Shown here: one piece after another, positions 35,387 through 49,905 of the stretch | How positions within the stretch are numbered: the first letter of the stretch is position 1 | How the letters are laid out: each line of letters opens with the position of its first letter | Source: Mobula hypostoma | Lineage: Eukaryota | Direction: 5' to 3' | NCBI RefSeq assembly: GCF_963921235.1 | Contig: NC_086109.1 | Location: 37,884,001-37,948,000, forward strand | DNA length: 64,000 nt | Made by a program: the position numbers and the translations under genes | Notes under the pieces: generated by a model | Told to the model about the DNA's origin: nothing | The model's database searches: none | The model's input: only the letters and a program-made list of their open reading frames with translations

Positions 35387-36040
35387 GAGGATATTTAGTC
35401 CTTGTTTATTGTCATTTAGTAATGCATGCATTAAGAAATGATACAATGTTCCTCCAGTATGATATCACAGAAACACAAGACAGACCAAGATTAAAACTGA
35501 CAAAAACCACATAATTATAACATATAGTTACAACAGTGCAATGCAATACCGTAATTTGATAGGAGCAGACCATGGACACGGTAAAAAAAGTCTCAAAGTC
35601 CCGATAGCCCCATCATCTCACACAGACGGTAGAAGGAAGAAACTCTCCCTGCCATCAACTTCCAGTGCCGCAAACTTGCTGATGCAGCACCCTGGAAGCA
35701 CCCGACCACAGCCAACTCTGAGTCCCTCCAAAAACTTCGAGCCTCCGACCAGCCCACCGACACCGAGCACCATCTCTGCTGAGCGCTTTGACCCCAGCCC
35801 CGGCTGCCAAGCACAGGCAAAGCCGAGGATTCGGGGCCTTTCCCTCTGGAGATTCTGGATCACACAGTAGCAGCGGCAGCGAATCAGGCATTTCAGAAGT
35901 TTCTCCAGATGTTCCTCCATGCTGTCACGTCCATCTCCATTAAATCAGGATTGTGCACGGCATCCTACTTGACAAATACAGGTATTCATCACCGGAGTGG
36001 CCACTGCGTGCTGCGTTGCACCGCCATCTTCTCTTCTCTT
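35387..36040 (-). mobile_element. Non-autonomous non-LTR element (family B) with AAGATGGCG head and LINE-like 3' tail
   Basis: Antisense homolog of 57529-58178. Head gagaagatggcgg, tail aaatgacaataaa...cctcataat. Confidence 0.75.
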
Positions 36041-37789
36041 TCTCAGCTTCTTGGTGCAAACAAGAACTGGTCTTAAATTCTTAGTGTAAATTTGAAGCAG
36101 TAGTCAATCTGAAGTCGAAAGGATGGCTTTGTAAACAGTTTTACAGAGCATGGGCCGCGAGCTGTTTGAAGATATGGTTTGCAAAGTGAAGTGACCATGA
36201 GATTTCTTGTCAGCGTTAGCTAAGTATAAAATGAAGGGGTTACGTTAAATGGTCCATATCAAATTAGGCAACTACAGCTAAGTTATTTGCATCATCATGA
36301 CAGAGATCATGAAAGGTTCCTGAACAGACAGATTCTGTCACTTAGCACACCAAACATGGGTAGTTCTGATATTTGTGTACTTAGAGAAATAGACATCACA
36401 GCATTCATTTTATGTGTCTGAGATCTCTGTCTCCAGAAGCCTTTAGATCATCTTTGTGAAAATTACTTTGTCACCGCAGGTATCTGAAACACTTCACATG
36501 CAAACAATGCCAACTAGTAGTAAAACAGTAGAAATATTAGAATGCATTGGGGATTGTTAGGAATGATAGAAAAATGGGGTGACAGAAAGAAGAACTAGAA
36601 TACATTCCTCAACCTTTGGTTTCTGTGATGAACGATTTGTTCGTCTGCAACTCGTTGGTATGTTCTTTCAGTTTGTAAGAATTTTATTTGTGATTGGAAA
36701 TCCTTTGTAATTTATAAATCTTCTGGAGTTCGAAAATCTTCCATAAATCAGAAATCCTCTGTGAATGTTAAATATGTGTTAACAGCTATTTATCTAAATT
36801 TAAACACATGTCATTAAAAATAAAATACACTGTGTTTAAACTACTTTGTTAGCTGGAAGTAGCTCCTCCTTGGTAGGGACGAGGGACCTACTAATTAAGC
36901 AGTAGGTATTAGCAGCTATATTCCACTGTAGAGACTAGACAGGGAAGTGAGTTAGTCTTTGAAGAGTAGGGGGATACAATGTAACCTCCCTAGAGTGAGG
37001 GTATCCATAGACAACAGTATTGGATAGGGCTTAAAATCTTTTTTGGAGTTTATGTCTTTGCAGGCAGTGAACCCAATACCAACACATGAATATTATATCT
37101 CTGCCATCTATCCTTCTAATGAAATTACTTGAATGCCATTTTCCTAACTCATACAGTCAGAATGCACTAAAGCCAAACTTTGACAGGCTTCATGAAGAAT
37201 AATTGCTGCGTTTACTTTCATATGTAATTTTCCAAAGCAACAGCCAACTTTTATCCTTGTTTCAATGTCCAGACTTCTAATCCTTCATTGTATTGCTTAA
37301 TGCCAATATAGCCCATTAACCACATCAATTAATGTGTCTTTGTGTCTCCAAATAAAATGGAAGGGAGAACACTTTCACTCTTTGGAAACAAAATCTTGTA
37401 TTGTTGTGGAGTTTGACAATGAATTAGGAAGTTGAACAAAGTCACTACTTTTTAAAAGATCAATGTTGTTTTATATTTGTGCCAAATTTAGTTGTGCTGG
37501 CCTAATTTGCTTAGAATCATCCAGATCAGTGGCATCAAGGGCATTTTACCATTAACACTAATTAAATTTCCATCAACACACATCAAAGTTGCTGGTGAAC
37601 GCAGCAGGCCAAGCAGCATCTATAGGAAGAGGCGCAGTCGAAATTTCCATGATTCTTATGCTAGCTTTTTAAAAAAAACACTATGCTAGATTCCAGCAGA
37701 CTTTCAAAACTGGCTACAACTTTACTCATTATTGTTTGCTAATTCTACTGAATACAGTCACTTGTACGCTGACCCAGATAGACTGTAAA

Positions 37790-38655
37790 GGCAGGGTGTT
37801 GGGATCGGAGATGAGTGTCAGGCCGATTCCCCTCACTCTTCCACGATGTTCACTCCTCTCTCTATGGCTCTGAGGCTGAAACTGCCATGCACTTCCTGTC
37901 TGCAAGCTTTGCAGCAACTCGCCCCACTAAAAGATTAACTGAAACCGAGGCTATGGGCCTGCTCTGGTTGCTCCTGGATTCAGGTATATGGACTCAATTT
38001 GGTTCAGAATTGGATTGCTTCCTGTTATTGTTTGCATGATTTGTGTTTTTTTTCTTTCTCGGCGCATTAGGTGTTGGTTTTTTTTAATTGTTTTTTTTCG
38101 GGTTTTTTGCTTTGTGACTGCCTGTAAGCAGACAAATCTCAAGGTTGTATAATTTATACATACTTTGATAATGTACTTTGAAGCCTTGAATTTGAAAATT
38201 TTCACAAAGCTTAACATCAGTCTTTCCTTTTGGTCATGAGAATATTAATACCTCACGTTTTTAATATACAGCATTTCTGTTTTTACACATTTATAAAAAA
38301 TCTATTCAATATACGTAATTGATTTACTTGTTTATTTATTAATATGCTTTAGTTTATTTATTATTATTTTTTTCTCTCTCTGCTAGATTATATATTGCAT
38401 TGAACTGCTGCTGCTAAGTTAACAAATTTCACGTCACATGCCGGTGATAATAAACCTGATTCCAATTCTGAAGTTTAACTGTAAATATATTCAAGTTAGC
38501 ATGAAATTGACGAGCATTATCAAATAAGCAGGTAAATTAATTTCACTTTATGGTTTTCTTTCTTAGTTGTGTGACTGTCTGTGGGAAGACGTATCTCAGA
38601 GTTGTATACTACAGACATACTTCGATAATAAATGTACTTTGAATCTGTGAATTTG
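37790..38655 (+). mobile_element. Cluster of non-autonomous / LINE 3'-tail remnants
   Basis: Repeated tails tactttgataatgtactttgaa (about 38160), gtgataataaacctgattc (about 38445) and ttcgataataaatgtactttgaatc (about 38620). Confidence 0.55.
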
Positions 38656-39717
38656 AAATGTTTCTATACAGATTTCTTTGGCAATTTTGAGTTAAGTTAA
38701 AGCACAGGTGGCCTGCAAGAAACTACTATTTAAATTTTTATTTTGTATGATAAACCAATCTTCAGTTATTTTAAAATTGTGCCTGGTTACTGTTCATTAA
38801 TACATCCAGGAATATTTTTAGAAAAAGCAAAAATGAAGAACACATGGTCTAAAATGCTGGCAGGTTGTTCTGGTTTTATTTAACGGGTCGAAACTTGATG
38901 GTAAATGCCTGCAGCTCTGCACCAAACTGCTGGTATTTCTCAATGTAAATGCCAGCATGTTTGGGATTCCCATTGAACAGGCAAGTTGCTAGGTACCTCT
39001 CATGGGCAATTCCTTGTCTGCATTCTGACATTGTTGTCTAGCATTTGAGGACAAATTGTTCCCGATCATCAGCAGTTATGTAGGGGAACTCGACCTGCTG
39101 GATCATCGATAGATATAGTGAAGGAAAACTGAAGCCATTCATCTACAAACGTTTGTAAGTTGAAAGAAGAAGCAGACTGGGATGAGCTATTTGTAAAACA
39201 ATTTGCATTTTAATTCACAATTTGCTTAAAAGTTTTCAATTGTCTAAAATGCTGGAAGTTTTTCCTTATTTTAAAATGCATTAATTTTCTTCATTTTATT
39301 TTATAGCTTTTGAATATTTCTGCTTTTGGGGGCATCCAGTAAGTAGTTAACTTGTCAACTGATTCAAGTTTGGCAATTCTGTGTGTGGTTTAGCTGGTTG
39401 CAAATCATTTTCCTGTAGGGTGGTGGTAATGTTCTGTAACAGCATGACATGGTTCTGGATTGAGAAGCAAGCCAACATCATTAGATCTGGAAAAGATAAC
39501 TCTGTATTTATATTGATTGCTACTGATCAAACATCAAGCACATCACTGCCAGTTCTGGCCTGATATCTGGAATTATATAAATAAGTTTGACAGAAAAATA
39601 GAAGCAAAGAAAGATAGAGCAGAACCAGAAACCATACGCTAAATTTTCTATTGATGTATTTATTTTTATTCACTTGAGCTGTCACAATCAATCTGAAATG
39701 TTGTCAAAATAAAGACA

Positions 39718-39860
39718 ATCAGACCATAAGACATAGGAGCAGAATTAGGTCATTCAACCCATTGAGTCTGCTCTGCCATTCCATCATAAGACAGATTTAT
39801 TACCCATCTCAACCCCATCCTCCTGCCTTCTCTGCACAACCTTTGATGCCCTTAATCAAG
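39718..39860 (-). mobile_element. CR1 3' tail fragment
   Basis: agaccataagacataggagcagaattagg is the reverse complement of the tail at about 21735-21765. Confidence 0.7.
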
Positions 39861-41436
39861 AGTTCCAAACCTTTGCTGTAAGTCCTTCCTGATGTGGTTT
39901 GTTATTTTATTTCTAATTATCTCACTGCTTACTTGCTAGTTCACAGCAGGTGTTGATTACTTATTATTGTGCTGTTAAGCAATTAGCTTTCATCATCAGG
40001 TCACCATTTCATATCCTATGTATATTTCATTTAGTCGCTAGCAGTTACAAGCCCTTTGTTAGAAGTCAAATGAATTTCAGTCAATATTTGAAGCTACTTT
40101 TTGTGAGAACGGTGAGAAGTACTGTCTTTTTACATCAGCTCCTTGTGTACTGTAACACATTGTTGAATATTAAAACCTCCTTCAAACTATCTACACCGGG
40201 ACTTGAGTTTATCTATCTGCCTGGCTTAAGATAATAGGTGAACTCTCAAGCAAGGGCAGAATATCCACTTTGAAAATAAAGCAGAAGATCAAATCATATT
40301 CAGAACAAACTATGTTCCCATAATCTAGAACACCGGTTTGGAAACCTGAGTCATGAAATCATTTCAGAAAACTAGAGTAATTTTGAGATAATTTGAGTTC
40401 ATGTTTCTACGTGCATCTAAAATAAAAATTTAACTCATTATTTCAAGTGCTTTAGTGTTACTGAACTAAACAATTAAGTTTCCCTTTGCTTCAACAAACA
40501 TTTACTGTATGCATCATCAGTATGTTGTTCTCAAACAGAGAAAACAGTTAATGCCAAGCATTTAAATCAGGTTTAATGAAGCCAAGATTGTTTTATTTGG
40601 CAATTGTTCGCTACCCATTTGGAGTTCTATAGTTAGAATTTTCTGATTTATGACAATTAGCAACAATGAATGAAAGATAACCATCTTGTGACATCTTTAT
40701 TTTGGATTTCAGGTGGCTTTGATCTCCTTTCATATGAACAAATCATTGGAATCCCTTCAAAGAAAACATTACGAAATGTGATTAATTCTCCTTGAAGGAG
40801 TGCATTTGTACATATTGAATAGATAACACACCAGTGAATGAACAATCATATGAAATCATTGAGTGGCAGGTGATTTAATAATGTTGCAGCTGTCCATGGA
40901 CTTGTTGGGAACTTTTATGCCACAGTTCATGGTCATTAGGAAGAACATCACATGGGTTCTAGGGTGAACAAGCAGTTACACATTTCCTTAAACAATCAGA
41001 CTGAAGAATCATTACTGAGGCCTGCAGAGTCTAACACAGGAAGTTGGTTAGAATAGTTTATTCAAGATGAAATTATAGTTGAAAACAAAATAAATGGAGA
41101 TATAGAAACAGAGAGATAGAAGGTTCAAGAGGGGCAAAAAAGAATTAATATACGTTTGTACAATGGTAATACAAATTTGAAAGAATGAAATGCTAGTTTT
41201 CTAAATTTCAGCATCAGAGAGTTGGTTTGCTTGGTAATAATTTGGATCAGCTAGACCATTAAAATATCATGTAATCTTTACTAGGATACCATCTGAATAT
41301 CATATTTGAATGCTAAGTCAATCTGCAAGGTAGCAGCATAAAATAGATCAAGAAAAAAAACTGCAAAGAATTGGAAATTGGAAATAAAACCGGAAATACT
41401 CTGAAAATCAGATCAGACATACAGCATCTGTGTAAA

Positions 41437-42320
41437 GATTCAGCATTCAAAGTTGTTTAATGTTGTTTACAGTTCACAAGTGTAAAGAAGACAAAATAAT
41501 TGTTACTCTGAATCCACTGCAGCACAAAAAAAGCCACAATAAATATAAATATACAAGATAGTTTATATACGTAAACTCATTGAATGTCCATAAAGTGATC
41601 TAGGCACAGCGGTGTCAGTACATAACAGGAAATGATAAAGTAGTGGTGGTGGGGTGTGTGCAGGGGTCAGTTAGTGGGTGGAGGTGTTGATTAGCCTCAA
41701 TGCTTGGGGAAAGTAACTGTTTTTGAGTCTGGTAGTCCTGGTATGGATGCTATGTAGCCTCCTCCCTGATGGGAGTGGGACGAACAGTCCATGAGCAGGG
41801 TGGGTGGGATCCTTTATGCTGACACTGGCTCTTTTCCGGCACCTTTCTGTATATACAGTATGTCTTTGACAGCAGATAGGCTGGTGCAGGAGACGCATTG
41901 GGCAAGTTTTGACTACCCATTGTAGAGCCTTCCTGTCTGCCACAGTTCAGTTGCCATACCTCGCAGTGATGCAAAATGTTAGGACGCTCTCTACTCCACA
42001 TCTGTAGAATGATATAGGTATAGATATGCATAGTCCAGCTCTCTTCAGCCTCCTCAGAAAGTAAAGGCAGAGGTGAGTTTTCCTGATTGTGTAGAATGTG
42101 GTCAAGGACAATGTGTGAGATCTGCATTCCCAGGAGTTTGAAACTGCCTGCAGTTTCCACTCCTGCACTGCCAGTGTAAAGAGGGGTGTGAGTGTAGTGA
42201 GTTCTCCTTAAAGTGATAACCATCTCATTTGTCTTGTTGACGTTGAGGAAAACGTTATTTGTCTGGCACCAGGCCGAGATTTCTTCCACCTCCTCTCCGT
42301 GGGCTGCCTCATCATTGATG
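41437..42320 (-). mobile_element. Rex1/Babar-type LINE 3' part
   Basis: WCQTNNVFLNVNKTNEMVI, LYFLRRLKRAGL, IKDPTHPAHGLFVPLPSGRR...NSYFPQALRLIN. Confidence 0.85.
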
Positions 42321-42787
42321 GTAAATTTATGTCAGAAGCTTTCTGATGAAATATCACTGATACTGCTTGTACCCTCACAAATGCTTCCTTATTTGCTGAG
42401 TATTTCCAGCAGTTTCTGTTTTATTTGTGGCGATAAAAGAGCAATTTGGACAGTAGCTTTCACGTTTCTACATTTAATTATGCTTGTGTGGGTTCTGAGA
42501 TCTGTTGTCAGATTTAAACCCTAATAAAGGCAATGTTGATAGGGGTAGGTTTAGGGTTACTGTTATTAAAAAGAGTTTAATATTTGATGCAATTTTATAC
42601 TAGTAACTGTCTAACTTCAAATCCATCCACGGAGATACTAAAGTCATAGCAATGATTAAAATAAAAATATGGGGTAGCTGTTGTTCGGTTCCATTTCATT
42701 AATGGAATGTGTACAAGAGTATAGTATTACAATGTCACTAGGATATATATCAGCAATATATGGACAAAAATAAAATTATGTAATTCA

Positions 42788-43105
42788 TAAACACAAGAAA
42801 GTTTGCCAATCCAAAGCAACAAACACTTGTGGAACTCAGCAGGTCAGGCAGCATCGATGGAAATGAATAAATAGTTGACGTTACAGACCAAGACCCTTTT
42901 TCAGAATAGTCAACCTCTCGGGCAGAGATCCTTCTTCAGAACAGTTGATGTTTCAGACAGAGACCCTTCTTCCAGATAATCGTTTCAGGCCAGGACACTT
43001 CTTCAGTCCTGGAGAAGGGTTTCAGCCCAAGATGCTGACTATTTATTCATTTCCATAGATGCCCCCTTGACCTGTTTAGTCCCTCCAGTGTTTTGTGTCT
43101 GTTAC
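42788..43105. repeat. Palindromic Penelope-derived element with four tandem ~35-bp hammerhead-derived units
   Basis: Arms ggaactcagcaggtcaggcagcatcgatggaaatgaataaata and tatttattcatttccatagatgc. Units start at 42872, 42907, 42942 and 42977. Confidence 0.7.
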
Positions 43106-45869
43106 TATGTAATTCAGAAGCCTAAAGCAATGAAGCCTAATCTAATCCATTTTAGTGATCTTATTAACATTTTAATAGTACTTTTGCAAATGCAATAATG
43201 ATATATAAATTCAAATTGTAATATAATTCAGCTACTACCTAGGCAACTGTAAGATAATGTGTACAATTAAAAGTTTTCCAAGTACTGTTAGAAACTAATT
43301 TCTCTCTGACAAGGGTAAAGTACAGTTATGTTCTGGACAGTTAATTTTCTGCCTTTTCAGTCTCTATTGAAGCATTCTCAATAAATGGATATAAATTCAG
43401 TACAAGGTATAATTCTTAAAGTTAAGAAATTGCTATGCCAGAAAGTAAGTAACTTCTCAAATAAATATATTACATGCAATTGTCTTTTTGTAATTCTAAT
43501 ACTCCCTGCACTGTAATATTCACTATAAGGTAAACATATTACATTTTGGAACACTTTTACACTGGTAACAGAGAATTTAAAAATGCGCTATCAATAATAC
43601 TGACTCAGCTGGAGCAGAAATTATCTTCAGCCCAGATACAAGATTCAGCTTTGCTTATCCCCAGTTTGTTCTCAATCCTGGGGCTGCAAATGTGCACGTA
43701 TGCTGTTATTGCACTGAATGCTTCTTTCTGCTCCAGTGCAGCTTGATGGAAAAGTCTGGGCTCTTTGTAATGTAAACATTGTCGAGTTTGACTCTCATGC
43801 TAGGCTGTTCTTGGATGAAACCCTGCAATGGGCTTTTAACTTCCAACTATCGCCACAGTGAAAATCATCTAATTCAGCTTTTGTTCTAACACATTTGCAA
43901 GATTTGATTTATTTTTCCTTGATTCTTTTACTTCAGCTTTTACTAAAAAAAAGCTAACATGACAAATATTTAGCTTGATCTGTTGAGATTGACCAAATGT
44001 TTGGCGCAGTAAAATTGTGGATGGATGTGTGGTTTATTCTGTGCTTCACAGGTCATAATCAATAATATTAATTACTAACTACCAAAAAGCTCATCAATAA
44101 AAGGTAATATTTCTCTCTTTGAGGCATATTCAAACCATGAATTTCAACAAAATGTTAAGTGGCATATTCTGGCAAGCAAGAGAGGATTAGCTCATCCTTC
44201 AGCCTCAAGACAATGGACTTTGTACCTATAGCAGACAGTACAGCAATTGTTGTTCAATACAACCCTTTTATTCTGTGAACAAGACCAGTGTCAGATGTAT
44301 TGATATTTCCCACGCCCAGTCTGGAATCTGTTCTCTGCAAATGGTTGTCTCTTTAACAGGACAAATCAAACAGATACTGCTGCCAAGGACAACACTATTC
44401 ATACACTGTCCAGTTTTCACAACTTTGACACTTTCCAGCAAGATTTGGGAATATTTTGTTATTCACAGGAGACCGACCAACATTCTCAGACTCACTTCAA
44501 CGCCATGGGTTCTTTCTTCATTGCAAATTGTATAATGAAGTGCAGTAATTTATCTGTCTAAGATCCATAAAATTAAACTCTAACAATTTATTATGTTAGG
44601 CATGATATTTCTTTTCCTTGTAGCTTCTAAAACTGGAACATTTTAAATCACAAGATGTCCTAAAGATGAATAGTGTGCCTAGAACTAAATGATTGTTTAT
44701 CAATCCTAGCAACTAACTTTTGCGCAACATGCTTGTAAATAGTTGCTGTTACCTGATGAATCCACCTTTTAAAGAAGAAAACTGTTCCTCTGGGAAAGTA
44801 CATTGTGTTCACTGTAATATTATTTAATATCAATCATTATCTTTTACCTGAGTAAGGTATTTATCACGTTTATGCAATTTTTCTCTAACATGGATATATT
44901 GTATTTAGATCCTAAGTACAACTTCATAAATCATTACATGGCACTCATGTGTAATATTTTTAAGCATTTATATATTTACAAAGGAAAGAGGATATTTTGT
45001 TCAGAATTTGCATCACACTGAATTCTGCATAATCATTACAAAAACTACTGAAGACGTATACCAGAGAATAATTTATAAATTAAATAATTACTGTTGATAT
45101 CATCAGATTAAAAAGACAGCACTAAATTATTCAAATTTTATTTTAAAAAATTGGCAACTTACTGTAAATTGCATAATCAGTAAGTGCCCCGGGTACTTTG
45201 TGTGCTTAATGTGTCAAAGCACAGACATGCACAGAGTATTCATCAGAGTATTAGTCACACTTTGAGGTCACTTCCTCAATTTGCATTGTGATCTGCAGGC
45301 CAGATGGCCCATCACTTGTGAAGCCTGCACTGGTAAAACTGAAAAGTTTAGGGAGACTGATATTGAGATCCCAATAAAGTTTGGCCTCTTTGAGAAATTT
45401 ATTTACCAATTTGCCTTCAGCCTGCATAATCTCCACACTGTCATGGCAGGACAGTGACAGTCCCCAACTCATGATCCTTCCCATTGACTACTGACCTGCT
45501 ATCACCCCTCATCTCTCCTTTGACATCCTACAGCTGACCTTAGCTTTGAATTTACCAGCTTCCTGCTGGACAGATCTCCCCTTACCAGTATGCCAGGCTT
45601 GATCCTTCAGTATCTTTAATCCACTTCGCAGGTCAGTCCTGCTAAAATTGCCAACCTAACCCATTACTAGCCTACTAGGCCATTTCCACTACAGTCTGTC
45701 AGTCTGGTTCTCCACTCTACTCCAAACTATCTAACCTGCCAAGCAGCCCAACCCTTAAAGCCACTGAAGTCCTAAGCCATCAACCCTTTCCCTTCTGCTT
45801 TGCACACGGATACCCTTGAACCCTTTGCAATGGAAAAGCATGAGAGACAATGGTCTTAGAGACAGACAA

Positions 45870-46215
45870 AGCAAGCTTGGAATTCAGTACCTTTTGAGGC
45901 TTGTGCACATAATCTAGACTCAGACTTCAGTGCTACACTGCCAATGACGAAGGATCATCGCTCAGATTAAATGCCAATTTGAAATCCTTGTGGCTAAACT
46001 TGAAAAGAGCAAAGATGTGCCCGTATTTATTCCTCATTTACGATCATGGATACAGAATTAGCTGTTCATTAATCTTCTTGCAATTTGCAGCTGCCTCCTC
46101 TATGCCAACAAGGCACTGTGTTTGCTACATGACTCTTTGCATCCAAGTATTAGCTCTTAAGAGCTGTGGGTGTTCCTGAGTTTATGAAAGGAATTGTATT
46201 AAAGCATGCATTTTC
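45870..46215 (+). mobile_element. Ancient DeuSINE-like copy
   Basis: cacataatctagact...cttcagtgc...tgcaatttgcagctgcc...tttgctacat...gtgttcctgag...tgaaagg tail. Confidence 0.4.
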
Positions 46216-46576
46216 CAAATCAGGAAACAGAAACTGGTTGACATAATTCCTCTGATGCTTCCAACTAAACATTACAAATGCAGCAGTGTAGGTGGCTTGT
46301 TTTGAAATTAACAAACTACCCTACTTTGAAATGTAAAGAATGAAGCACATGGCAACACCAGGAAACATACAAGCAAGATGTCATTAAAATTTTCCACTTA
46401 AATGCTTCACTCACTGCTAATGTTGACAGCTGCAATTTGCACAGTGCATTCAAAGGCATAACAAGGCTTAATTTGACAAGCCTTGTTGCACCAGACCCAC
46501 AACATCACCTGTAACAAAATCCAAAAAGGATGCTTATCATTAATTTCTTTTCTGTCTGAAAAAGCGTGCTCACATC

Positions 46577-46982
46577 TGAATCAAGTTTATTATCACTGTC
46601 TTATATGACATGAAATAGGTTGTTTCGCAGCAGTAGAACAGTTACGTGCCATAAAACTACTATAAATTACAAAATAAATAAAGTGCATAAACAAGGAATA
46701 TTGAGGGGATGTCCATTGTTCATGGATTATTCAGAAATTTGACAGTGCAGGGTAAGGAGTTGTTTCTGAATCATCAAGAGTGGGTCTCCAGACTCCTGTA
46801 TCTCCTCCCCGACAGTAGTATTGAGCGGAAGTCATGTACCAGATGGTTAGGGTCCTTAATGATGGATGCCACCTCTTCAAAGTGTCCTCGATGATAGGAA
46901 AGGTTGTGGCTGTGATGCAGCTGGCTATGCCTACAACCCACTGCAGTCTCTTGTGATCCAGTGCAGTCCGCCTCCATACCAG
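46577..46982 (-). mobile_element. Degenerate Rex1/Babar 3' fragment
   Basis: ASIIKDPNHLVH...LLSGRRYRSL. Confidence 0.7.
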
Positions 46983-48699
46983 TTCACGTATTTATGCATA
47001 CATCGAAAAGGGATATTTCTCAGAATCATTCATCAAAAATTTAATAGAATCCAAAGACTCTCATCTTTCATATCACACATTTAAATTGTCCAAAACGATT
47101 CAGACTTAAACTTGATCAATGGTTTAACATTAAGTAATGGAATGAAATGGTGACATGATTAACCAAAGGTTTAATCAAGATATTGGTTTTAAAACAGGAC
47201 AATACTTGCCAGTTTCAGAGAATCCATGGGAATGCATATCCTCCCCCATCAATACTAATGGCCCTAGGAACCTATCACTTGCTCCCTCTTTTCAGTAACA
47301 TCAACTCAAAGCGTCTGTAGTCTCTGAATATGAATGATTCAATAAGAATAGATCCAGGAACGAGAAATATAGAGGCCAAAAGCATTCAGGGCAGAATTTC
47401 AGAGCAGGTGGGAACTCAGCTATGAAAAGGTGACCAGAATTAGAGGAGCAAATATATCTCAGAGGCTTACATGGCTGGAGGAAGTCACAGTAACAGGGGA
47501 AGATGAGAACAGGAGTAATTTTAAATTAAGGATTATTCTAAAATTGAGCCACTGCTTAACCAAAAGCCAGCAAAGGGCACTAGGAAACAGGGCAATGAGG
47601 GACCAAAACCTTGTGCATATTAAAACAGATGAATCAATGTTTTAGAAAACCAACTTCATGGAGAACAGAATGAGGAAGAGAGGGGAGGAATTCATTAGAA
47701 TAGTCTAGATTACAAATGAAAAAAGCGTGAATCAGGATTTCAGGAGCAAATGGACTAAAAAGTCAGCATAGTGTGATGGGCCGAAAGGCTTAGTTCCATG
47801 CTTTACAGGCCTGTTGTTCTATGAACTGAGGTAAGGATAGAGTTGGGTGATACTAAGTAAATTGAAATGAGCAACCTTAATGTTAGCATGGCCACATAAT
47901 CCGTTGTTTACAGTACGGCTCAGTTTCAAACAGTTACAGAGATAAGGAGTTAGTGGCAAGGGAACAGAGCTGCTGGTGGAAAGTCAATTGCTTTAGACTT
48001 CCTGATATTTAACTGGAGGAACAGTCAGCTCATTCATTTCAGAATGTTGGATAAACAATCTGGCAGTTTAAAAAAGGGTAGAGCAGTTCGTACAAATGGT
48101 GAGGAGATGGAGCTGGGTTCTATACGTGCACATGTGAAACATTTTGTGTTGTCCAATGCTAATGCTGAAGAAGAAAGCCAAGATGACCCCAAGGTAGGTG
48201 TGGGAAGTAAAAAAAATGTTGGTAATTCTCTGGCTACAAACGAATGGAAAGAACCAAGTGAGTATTATCCTGTCCAAAATTTGATGACCAATTTAGATTA
48301 GAAACCTACGGATCTTTCGATGCTTTGTGGCACAACACAGCCTATTTCAGTTTACTGTTTATATACACAAGGAACTATAAATGGTTTTCTGCCAAATATT
48401 TACCAGAAGAATTCACCCAGAAATAACTTTCCCTAAAAGATGTCCTAACATTCCTCCCCCCTCCATCACCATTGCTGATCACGGCTCTCTAACAGCTTGA
48501 GTCATATATAACTACTTCGAAATTTGTTCAACATCATCTCAAATCCCATCACAAACCCTGTTTCATTGCAGCTAATGTCAACTCACTTTCAAGAGCTGGC
48601 TGAACATGAACAAAACTGCTAACAACGTTTGATCCTGTTCCTCATTCCCTTCTCTGTTTCTGTGCAATGCTCTGTGTTCCTTATATATCTCCCAAACCC

Positions 48700-49120
48700 C
48701 AAGTTCTAATCAAACATTTTCATCCAAGTCATTTGGATATATTACACAAACAGTAGAGACCCCAACACCCATTCCCATAGAACACTCCTGGACACAGACT
48801 TCCAGCCAGAATACCCACTATCTTTTATCCTCTAAGGCAAGCCTGTTCATTCTGAATCCAAACTAGCAAGTCACCCTATATCATGTTCTTCTGGATCAGA
48901 CTACCATGAGGTACCTTGTCAAATGCCTTCTAAAATTCATGAAGATAAGATCTCTTGCCCTACCTTCACCAATGACCTTCATCATCTCCTTAAAAAAAAC
49001 TTGGTAAAGTCTTTTAACATCTGAACTGTCCTGCATAAAGCGATGCTGTCTGCCTCTAATCAAAAGCATGTAAATCATCTCCCTAGAAATCCTGTCCAAT
49101 AAACTCTTCATCATTATTTC
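48700..49120 (-). mobile_element. Degenerate CR1 RT fragment
   Basis: QHRF...KVIGEGRARDLIFMNFRRHLTRYLM is a decayed, frameshifted MDFxKAFDKV region. Confidence 0.6.
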
Positions 49121-49477
49121 CATTTACATTTATTAACATCAAAGCAAAAGTGAAGCATTTTCTTTGGCTGATAATTTAAATATATCACTACTGGCTAAAA
49201 TCACAATTCATTTTTCATTGAGGGCATTACTGAACTTTAGAATTCGAAAGAATTGCCCAGAGTGTACTGTTTTCATGAAACAATGCCTGGCAATTTATTT
49301 CACACTTTTATTCACAAATGTGACAAAATCATGAAGGAGGTATTATTTTTATTGATCAGATAAAGAGCAATTTGTAAACTAATCTCTGTTTTTAATAATG
49401 TGGAGAAAACCAAATGAAAAAAATATTTTCATGATTTATTTCAATAAAAATTAAAGCAACAGTAAAATAATTAGTTG

Positions 49478-49905
49478 AAGCAGCACACACAAAATGCTGG
49501 AGGAACTCAGCCAGCCATGCAGCATCCATGTACAGTCCTGCCAAAGGGTCTTGTCAACTGTACTTTTTTTCCATAGATGCTGCCTGGCCTGCTGAGTTCC
49601 TCCAGTAATAGTGTGTGTTACTTTGATTTCTAGCATCTGTAGATTTTCTTTTGTCTATAATTAGTTAAAGGTTTATTTTCACTTTTTTATTGTCTAAACA
49701 ATGCTGTTAGGGACTTTAAAAAAATATTCACAGATTTAACAAAAAATAACAAACATTCATTCAACAAACAGTCCTGAAGAAAGGTCTCAGCATGAAATAT
49801 TGACTGTTTATTCATTTCCGTAGATGCTGCCTGGCCTGCTGAGTTCCTGCAGTGTTTTATGTGTGTTGCTTTGGATTTTCAGCATCTGTGGAATTTCTCT
49901 TGTTT
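49478..49905. repeat. Two Penelope-LTR-derived remnants (palindromic 49478-49655, half element about 49765-49905)
   Basis: aaaatgctggaggaactcagc... and ...gctgagttcctccag. Degenerate hammerhead cagtcctgaagaaaggtctcagcatgaaatattgactg. Confidence 0.65.

Noticed and set aside
42872..43006. CRISPR-like periodic array
   Set aside because: The units are contiguous with no unique spacers, derive from a Penelope hammerhead, and lie in a eukaryotic context.
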